Shown here: positions 56,214 to 64,000 of the stretch, one piece after another
Position numbering within the stretch: the first letter of the stretch is position 1
Layout of the letters: every line of letters begins with the position of its first letter
Assembly (NCBI RefSeq): GCF_009914755.1
Contig: NC_060927.1
Length of the DNA stretch: 64,000 bases
Source of the DNA: the human T2T-CHM13v2.0 reference genome, Homo sapiens
Reading direction: 5' to 3' (one strand)
Program-made: the position numbers and the translations under genes
The notes under the pieces: generated by a model
The model's database searches: none
Told to the model about the DNA's origin: nothing
Seen by the model: the letters and a program-made list of their open reading frames with translations, nothing else

Positions 56214-57457
56214 TAATGCAATTCTGCCAGCCAATTTATATTTACCCTTCTGGTCTCAAATTAAATGGCATATCCATATGGAAAATCTTCCTGCATGTCA
56301 TTCAAGCTAATAAAGAATCTCCTGTTTTATATTATAACAACCTGTCCACAGCATGTATTATAATGTAATTAACTATGTTTGTTATTTGTGTAATAACTGG
56401 GTTAGTCTTTTTCTGTTAGACTATAAAATCCATGAAGGCAGGCTCTATGAAATGTTGGATTCCCTAGCATCTACAATAGGGCCTGGAAGTTGATAGCTAC
56501 TCATTGTTAAATTAGCAAATCAATGAATACCTGACTAAAGAGTTTAATAACAAAAATATTTTTGTGACTCTGAAATTATTTTACACAATAAGAGTCACTT
56601 TGACAACGATTCAAGATTAATCTTATTTATATTTAAAAAAATGTCTGCAGTCATTCTCTTGTTCTGGACCTCTTAACTTCTTAGGATGAAAACACATATT
56701 TTTATGTCCTAAAGAGCTCCCTGGCTCTTGTTCAACTTATGTGTGTTTGTGTGTTAGTCAATGTGTGTGTAAATGCTAAGGGTGGGTTTACAGGATTTTC
56801 ACAGGTTTCTCTCTGGATATAAAGATATTTTAGAAAAGAAAAACTGAGAGAGAACCTCCTCAAAGCCAATCACTTTCCAGATGTTAAGTGACTTGCTCAA
56901 AGCCATAAAAGACAGTTATAAGTAGGACTTTCCACTCCAAGAACAGTGCTTTTTTTCTAAGGTAGCATCCTGACCTTCTTTATATTGTCTTATACATATA
57001 GCTACATATAGATATTGTAGATGCATGGAATAATAATCTCATAAGCCAAAAAATAATGCTAACTGATGACAACTTTAGAAGCCACGGTATAGTAATTGTT
57101 TTAGCACATTGATTTGTTAATGTGGAAAGCACTACAGGCCTAGAATCTGGGACAAACTGGGCATTTATCCTGCATTGAGCACATTCATTTTTGTTATATT
57201 TCTCTATTTTTGAACTTAAGTACAAAGTGGTGTTTCTCCTTCTCCTTAGTTCATAGCACATTAATATTATTTGTCCAGTAAATTCCCCCCTTTTAATTTT
57301 ATTTTACTTCATGTTTTTTTTCCTCATTTCTCATTCTCACTCCCACTCTGATTATCAATTCTGTTGTATTTGATATTTATCTTTAGATATGTTTCAAGAT
57401 CATATATTACTGTTAGGTTATAAATCACATCTGATGAACAGTTTCTGCACCCAGAAC

Positions 57458-57640
57458 AGTAGTTCTTTACTGAGGGAAATTTTGTCTCCTCAGGAGATGT
57501 ACAGTGCCTAGAAACATTTTTGGTTGTCACAAGCCAGAGCATGCTACTGGCATCTACAGGTGTGCTGTGAAATGTCTTACAATGCCCTGAACAGACCCCT
57601 ACAACACACTTATCAATAGTGCTATGGTTGATAAATGATT
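57458..57640. mobile_element. MER20-like hAT DNA transposon
   Basis: gaaacatttttggttgtcaca...tgctactggcatcta...aatagtgctatggttgataaa. Confidence 0.65.
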
Positions 57641-58939
57641 ACCTAGAATAGGAATAAAATTATGTGTAACATCCAATGCTTGAATGTAGTCTATCGTTTA
57701 CCAGCACTGTGATCTTGGGAAACTTACTTTTTTCTGAGTCTCAGTTTTATCAGAGTGGAAGATTATACTGCTTGCTCTGAAGGATGACAATATATGAGAA
57801 GTGAAATGAAGTGAGTATTCAGCAAAAAGTACCTGTTACTGCTTTGCTCTTGACTCTTTTAAAATAAATGTAGGAAAAACATATAAAAATTATTCTGTAT
57901 ATTATGCAGCTGTGCTGTGGAATACTGTGTCCACTGTGTAACTTCCTATCTATGTTTATATAAATTTTCACATAACTGAGGAATTTCAACCTGTTCTTAA
58001 GAACATTCTCTGACTGAGAATTTCCTTAAATAATACTGACCTGTTAATTATCTTCTATTACAATATTTCTACTTGGATATGTCTGTTTGATCCTCTTACA
58101 ATTGGGAGGATTAAAAAACACATTGCATTAAAAAGTTATTTTTCTATGTAGACTTTGTCTCTTTAATTGTGCTGTATGGTTTCATAGCACTTGAGTTACA
58201 CATTGGTGTTAATATTTATCACTCATTATTCTGATTTATTTAATCAGTTTTCTGTCTTCTACAAAAGTATGTGAATTCATTAAGTGATTTATGTATCTGT
58301 AAGTCCCTGGAAATTAGTATATGGAAGGAGGCAGAGTCAGTGCTACAAGGGAAGGGCTCAGGGTGGCATATATAAGAATTGAGGAATAGGCACATTTGGA
58401 AGAAACAACGTTCTTGTGAACTAATGGATATAATATTGGGAAGGGTGACTGTGGGAAAATAACAGAGACATGAATATCAGTTAGAGTAAGGAGTCGAAGA
58501 TGTATCTGATAAGTTAAGGAAAAAATGAATCATTCCAAGGGATAGACATGGTAAAAATGTAGATATTTGGCAAGGCTAAAGTGATTGCAGTATGCAGGGC
58601 AGTGTGATAGGGGAAGAAATTGAAAGATGAAGGACAAATTAGGGAGTTAATTAATACAGTAGGTCACACATGAAGCTCCAGTATATCACAGAGAAGGTCA
58701 CACAGGGGACACTGTGGCAATAGAAGTAGTAATAGGAGCTAGTGACTGATCACTTATGGCAAAGAAGAAAAAGCCTCATTTATAGCATCAAAGTTTTACC
58801 CCTGAGAACATAGTGCTGATGACAGAAATACGGAAGTCAGTGGGTGAAGAGAGTTTTGGTATAGAAGACAAAAAGTGAACTAACATGCTTCTGTTGCCTG
58901 TTGTAAGCACTGGGGTAGATAGTTTACAGAATATACTTT

Positions 58940-59540
58940 CTTCTACAAAGATATTTGTAATTCTGAAATTTTGAATTTCAAATTTTTACAATTAAGTGTA
59001 GAGTTTATTCAAGCTCAAAGCTTGAGGATGGCCACCTGGGAGCACAGATTCAAGTTGTCCTGAATATACCCTTCTATTAGCAGTAGTTACAAGTGTGTTT
59101 TTACGGAAAAAAGAAGAGTTCCTAAGTTGTTACCAATAATTTACATTAAAATAACATAAGCTATTAACTGGCTATACATTGTTCTTTGTAACATAACTTC
59201 CAGGAACATGAAGATAACGAGTGAGACAGCTAGTGAGCAACCAAATGTCTTTAACAACTGCCTCTGAGCATGGGGAATAGGGGAGGAAGTGGAGGCATGA
59301 CTGTCGTCCCATACTCCTGTCTCTCTGGGCTTGATAACAGTTTGGCATACCCCACAGAGCTCAGACTGCTCTGTACTATTTTTCTGTTCTCATTTCCCCC
59401 TTTTTGCCAAGATCTTTTGAAGAAAGCATTGTAGATGAACCTAAAGGGTTTTGGCTTCTTTTATGTTCAGGAGCTTAGTCCACCATTGTTAGGAGGACTC
59501 CTTCCCAGACAGCCCTGTCCCAAAGCTGGGGTGAGGGGAG
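58940..59540 (-). mobile_element. ERV1 LTR (MER31/MER67-like) with an adjoining PPT and internal stub
   Basis: Minus strand begins TGAGAACAGAAAAATAG at 59392, preceded by purine tract AAAAAGGGGGAAA (plus strand tttcccccttttt). Confidence 0.65.
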
Positions 59541-60636
59541 GGAATCTAAGTATGGAGAAGCTATCCGTGTGGATATTTATAGCAGATAAATAGAAATGTG
59601 GCACAAAAACTGGATATGGCTCAGAATCATTCAGCATAGAAATGACAGTTAAAGCCCTGGGCATGGATGAGATTTTCTAGATAAAAAGTAGAGAGAAAGC
59701 ATCATCAAAATTAGTTTGGACATTGGAAAAACCCACAATTGAAAGAGGCAGGGAAGGAACATAATATATAAAATTTATTGAATACTTACTATGTACCAAG
59801 CATTGGACTTGAAATTTATATATTAAAACATTAAATGTGCCTGGCACAGAACAAGCAAAAATAAATATATATGTTTTAATGAAGTAATGAATTTCTATGA
59901 GAACTATTTTATTAAGTACATACTATTTTTGCTTCACGCCAGATAGAGAAACTGAATCTAAAGATGTCTAAATAACTTTGTCATCACATACTTTAACTGT
60001 TGTCTTAACATTTATTTGAAGCCAGATTTGTTTGAGTCCAAAATGTGTGGCTTTTCTATTATGCCACATTGTCACCTTAGATATTTCTATGCCAAGACAG
60101 GAGGAAGTTTCAATTAAGAGAGGATGACCAAATATGTAAAAATGCTGAAGTGAGGTTAAAAAAAGTAAACACTAAAAAGGAGACAGGGGAAAAATGTTCT
60201 ATGGATTTGATGATTAACTGCTAGTCTCTTTTTAGTGTAGTATCATTAGTTTTGTGGCAACCAAATATGTCAGAATCAGGATCAGAAGGAAAACTTAAAA
60301 TCAAGGACTTGGGTGAGGGTCATATTTGTCACCATCACCTCAATGTTTCCCACATTTTCTATTAATATATTTAATCTTCTTGCTAACATATATTCTTCAA
60401 TTTTTTTCACTTGAAGTCTGCAAATGGTGACATCTCTTTCTCTTTTATAATGTGTCTATTTTGTGCTTATATTGAAGAATAGTTTAGCTGACTGTAAAAT
60501 TTTGGGTTGAGTTATTTTCCCATAAGACAGTTTCTTTTGATATATATTGTTGCTGGCGGGTAGTCTGCTTTCATTCTAATTATTGTTTATTTGCTCTTAA
60601 TCTCTCCCTTCTCTCTTTAAATATTAAGATTTTTCT

Positions 60637-60779
60637 CACCCAGGTATTAAGCCTAGTACCCATTAGTTATTTTTTTCTGATCCCAAAATAATCTATACGA
60701 CAAACCTCCATGACACAAGTTTACCTATGTAACAAACCTGCACTTGTACCTCAGAACTTAAAGTAAAAGTTAAGAAAAA
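60637..60779 (+). mobile_element. Very short 5'-inverted L1 3'UTR insertion
   Basis: Antisense cacccaggtattaagcctagtacccattagttatttt, then sense aaataatctatacgacaaacc...aaaagttaagaaa; aagatttt flanks. Confidence 0.8.
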
Positions 60780-61489
60780 GATTTTCACTGTAACATGATG
60801 CCATGCTGTTTCACTAAGATGTTTTGGGATGTAGATTTATTTTTGTTTATTTTAATCTGTACTTATATGACACTTTTTATTTAAAAGGACTTAAGGCTTT
60901 CCTCAATTATAGGAACTTATTAGCTTTTTTTTGTCTTCTCTTTTTTTTGTTTTTCTAGGATTGCAGTTGTATGTATGTTGAAGCTTCCTAGCTTATCTAT
61001 CATATCTCTTCACTCTACTTTTATAATTTTTAATCCCTTGGTCTTCCTGTGATACATTTTGTTTCCATTTCTCAGTTTTATCTTTCACTCTGATGAGCTA
61101 ATTTTAATTGATTCCTGGCAAGATATTTTTTATATTGAGGATTTTATGTTTTCTCTAATATATTTCACATCTAACTTCTGTCTTAAGTCTTTTTTGTATT
61201 ACCCTGTATATTCCGATTATCTATCTTCTAATCAAAGCCATTTCTTTACTTTTCTCCAAGTGCACAAAATATATTTTTCATTAATGTCTTTTTCAGATAT
61301 TTCAATAAAAGTAACTTCATACAAAATAAATTTATTTTTAGATTAGTAATGTTTTGTTCTTGTTTTTAGTGTACCTTAAGTGCATTTTTTAATTTTTTAT
61401 TTTCAGGCTCTTTTAAAGAGTCTTAAAGGGTTTTTTTGTTGTTTTCATTGTCACTCAATGTTGATTTTTTTCTGAGTTCCTCTATCAAC

Positions 61490-62560
61490 TCATTCACAAT
61501 CCAGAAAAATAATAGTTTTTCAGAATTTTCATTGGTAATATTAATCAATAAACTTCATAAAGCATTCAAAACTGATAAGTGTTCAGTACTATTGGTACAA
61601 TATTTACATCAAAAACTTTTAAGCATTTACATACATATAACCAGGTAAAAATTACAATGAAAAAAGAAACATCATTTTTAACAAGTAACAAGAAAAAATA
61701 TATGATACTTAGAACTTTACCCAATGACTTTAGGAAAAATAAGGCTTTACTGAAGAGCTCGAGTATATAGAGCTCTAAGTAATATTCATGCATGTGAAGC
61801 CTTAATATGTACAATATATCAGCTCTCCAGATATATTCACAGATTTGATGCACTTTCATCTAAAAATCTGAAGGGTTTTTATTTGGTGGAGGTTGCTTGA
61901 CAAAATGATATTTAAAATATGAAAGAAAAAAACAATTAGTAGCATTTACATTTTGATCTAAAACTTGGGAAGACAGGACTTATTTCTGCTAGATATCAAG
62001 ACATGTTCTAATTGTATTTTAATTAACAGAGTGTGGTATTTGCATAATAGAATATAACAGAGCACCCAGAAAGAGACCCAGTAATATATGGAAGTTTAGT
62101 ACACAGTAGATGTTGTATACCATTCCATAAATTATGTAAGAGCATTGACTATTTATATAATCCATACATTCATCCTCACCTTATGCCATATACCAGAATA
62201 AATACCACTGAAATGAGGATTTAATTGTTTGGAGAAACTACAGGAGATATTATGATCCTGAAGTAGAAAAGTTTTTTCTAACTGGACACACACATGTGCA
62301 CATACACTACCACCATGAAGAAAATGATTGAGGTATCCCATTACCTTACATTTATCTTAAAACAATATCATAAAATATGGTTAAGCAGAAAGTCGCGAAC
62401 TACACAGAAGCTTTGCAGCCACATATAACCAAAACACATAAATTCAGTATCCTTGATTTTGTAAGAACTTCTAAAATTTACTGTGAAAAACAAATCGTTT
62501 ACTTAAAACATAGACATTGGTTGTAAACAAAGCGCAGAAAAACACTCATGAATGTTATGT
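61490..62560 (+). mobile_element. Old L1ME-type ORF2 fragment
   Basis: Degenerate L1 motifs (aacagagtgtggtatttg, cctcaccttatgccatatacc). Confidence 0.55.
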
Positions 62561-63164
62561 ATTTGGAACAGCAGAGATTCATAAAAGTGTAATATTTCTG
62601 TATCATTTTAAATAGAAGTTTCCTAAATAGAGTCAACAGAAGAACAAGTGATGGAAATGGCTACCACTAATGGAGTCATTCGCAGCTGCTACTCAGATGG
62701 GTAAAAAGCTGAGAAAAGCAAAGTTGGAAAAGGCACCAGGCAAAGGGCATTTTTCTTCAGTGTGGGCCTCTGAAGGGATCACTTTGGAAACATGAAAAAA
62801 AAAGAAAAAGGCTAAAAGTTATTTGGGATTATTCTTGGGTTGGGGAAAAACAGAAGAGATAACTTGGTGTTGTGAGGAGAGAAAGCCCGTGGAGCTTGTA
62901 CTGGAGCCTGTTTTGACCATCAGATAGCAGGCCCAGGTGCTTGCTGCTGGACCATGATGATAAGAATGGGGTGGTGAAGAAGCATGGCTGGTGGAAATGG
63001 AAAGGCATTAATAGAAATGGACATTAAGGGTAGATGGAAACTTCCAGGAAGGATAGGCATGCCACCATTGCAAATACTCATAATTTGAAAAAAGTCAAGA
63101 ATTGTTCAGATGTCCTACTTCAACACATAAGATGGTCTGCTTGACAAAGAGTGTCACAAACAGT

Positions 63165-63545
63165 TTTTAATTTTAATTTTTTGGGTACATAGTAGGCATA
63201 TATATTTATAAGGTACATGAGACATTTTGATACAGGGATGTAACGGGTACTAATCCCATCAGGGTAAATGGAGCATCCACCACGTCCAGCATTTATCCTT
63301 TGTGTTACAAGTGATTCAATTGTACTCCTTTGGTTATTTTAAAGTATACAATAAATTATTGTTTACTGTAGTCACCCAGTTGTGCTATCAAATACTAGAT
63401 CTTCTTTATTTTATCTAACTTTTTTTTTTGGTACCCATTAACTAGTTTCACTCCTCTCTTGCTACCTTTTCCATCCTTTAGTATCCATCCTTCTATTATC
63501 TCCATGAATTCAATTGTTTTAATTTTTTTTTAGCTCTCACAAGTA
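63165..63545 (-). mobile_element. L1MA-type 3' end
   Basis: gggtacatagtagg...atcagggtaaatgg...tgtgctatcaaatactagatct. Confidence 0.8.
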
Positions 63546-64000
63546 ACTTTTTTTCTCATGGAAGACTGCTAGCATTCTGTTGAATGTTTTGGTAAATATT
63601 CATCTAGATTATAATTTGTGTCCTGGAAACACTGCCAGGGCTCAGAAAGTGTCAATTATATTTTTAAAAATCTATGTTTAGATAAAGTCTTACAGTAATA
63701 GCATTTGTTCTGTGTGGGCCTTGATTTAATATATAGATGGGTGATAAAGGGATTAGCATTATGATAACTCACTGAATCATTGAAAGCATGTGGGGCTGGA
63801 GTAGCCTATTTTGGGTGAGGCCAAAGAAGCAGCACTGGTTTCAGTGGAAGACCAACTGCACTTTCTAAAGATATGATCCTATCAAGCATGTGAGTGAGTG
63901 TAGAACTGGCTTGGATAAGGTGAGTAGCATGAAGGTAGTCTTTACAGAGAGTGCAATATGATTTTCTCTGTCAGAATAGTGAATTTATTTGATATTAATA

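Noticed and set aside
62600-63150. Purine-rich non-repeat-looking stretch as a possible processed pseudogene
   Set aside because: No sustained ORF, poly-A, TSD or recognisable parent gene.

Overview
Primate (human-like) non-coding genomic DNA, AT-rich and dominated by transposable elements. I recognise no cellular protein-coding exon; almost all ORFs in the track are Alu, L1, LTR or low-complexity artefacts. The centrepiece is a complete but decayed class I (gamma-like) endogenous provirus at 21850-29801 (+). It has two 490-bp LTRs, a CTAT target-site duplication, a tRNA-Pro PBS, gag, pro-pol behind an in-frame TGA, and an internally deleted ERV3-like env (HERV1/HERV3/HERV-E supergroup). Other large features are a near full-length old L1 (L1MA-type, 10908-18160), a full THE1 element (43507-46185), about a dozen Alus and a ~1.9-kb TA-rich minisatellite. 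The most interesting observations are: (1) a 39-codon transmembrane plus Cys-rich ORF between pol and env, a candidate unannotated retroviral accessory gene, preceded by a duplicated 42-nt element; (2) a retroposed 5' half of tRNA-Gly(TCC) ending inside the anticodon and flanked by a TSD; (3) a tailless, apparently internally primed L1 5'UTR fragment; (4) a CpG-chimeric AluY sitting on a ~1.1-kb L1 ORF2 deletion. Repeat family names come from recalled consensus similarity, not a database search, and boundaries of old elements are approximate.
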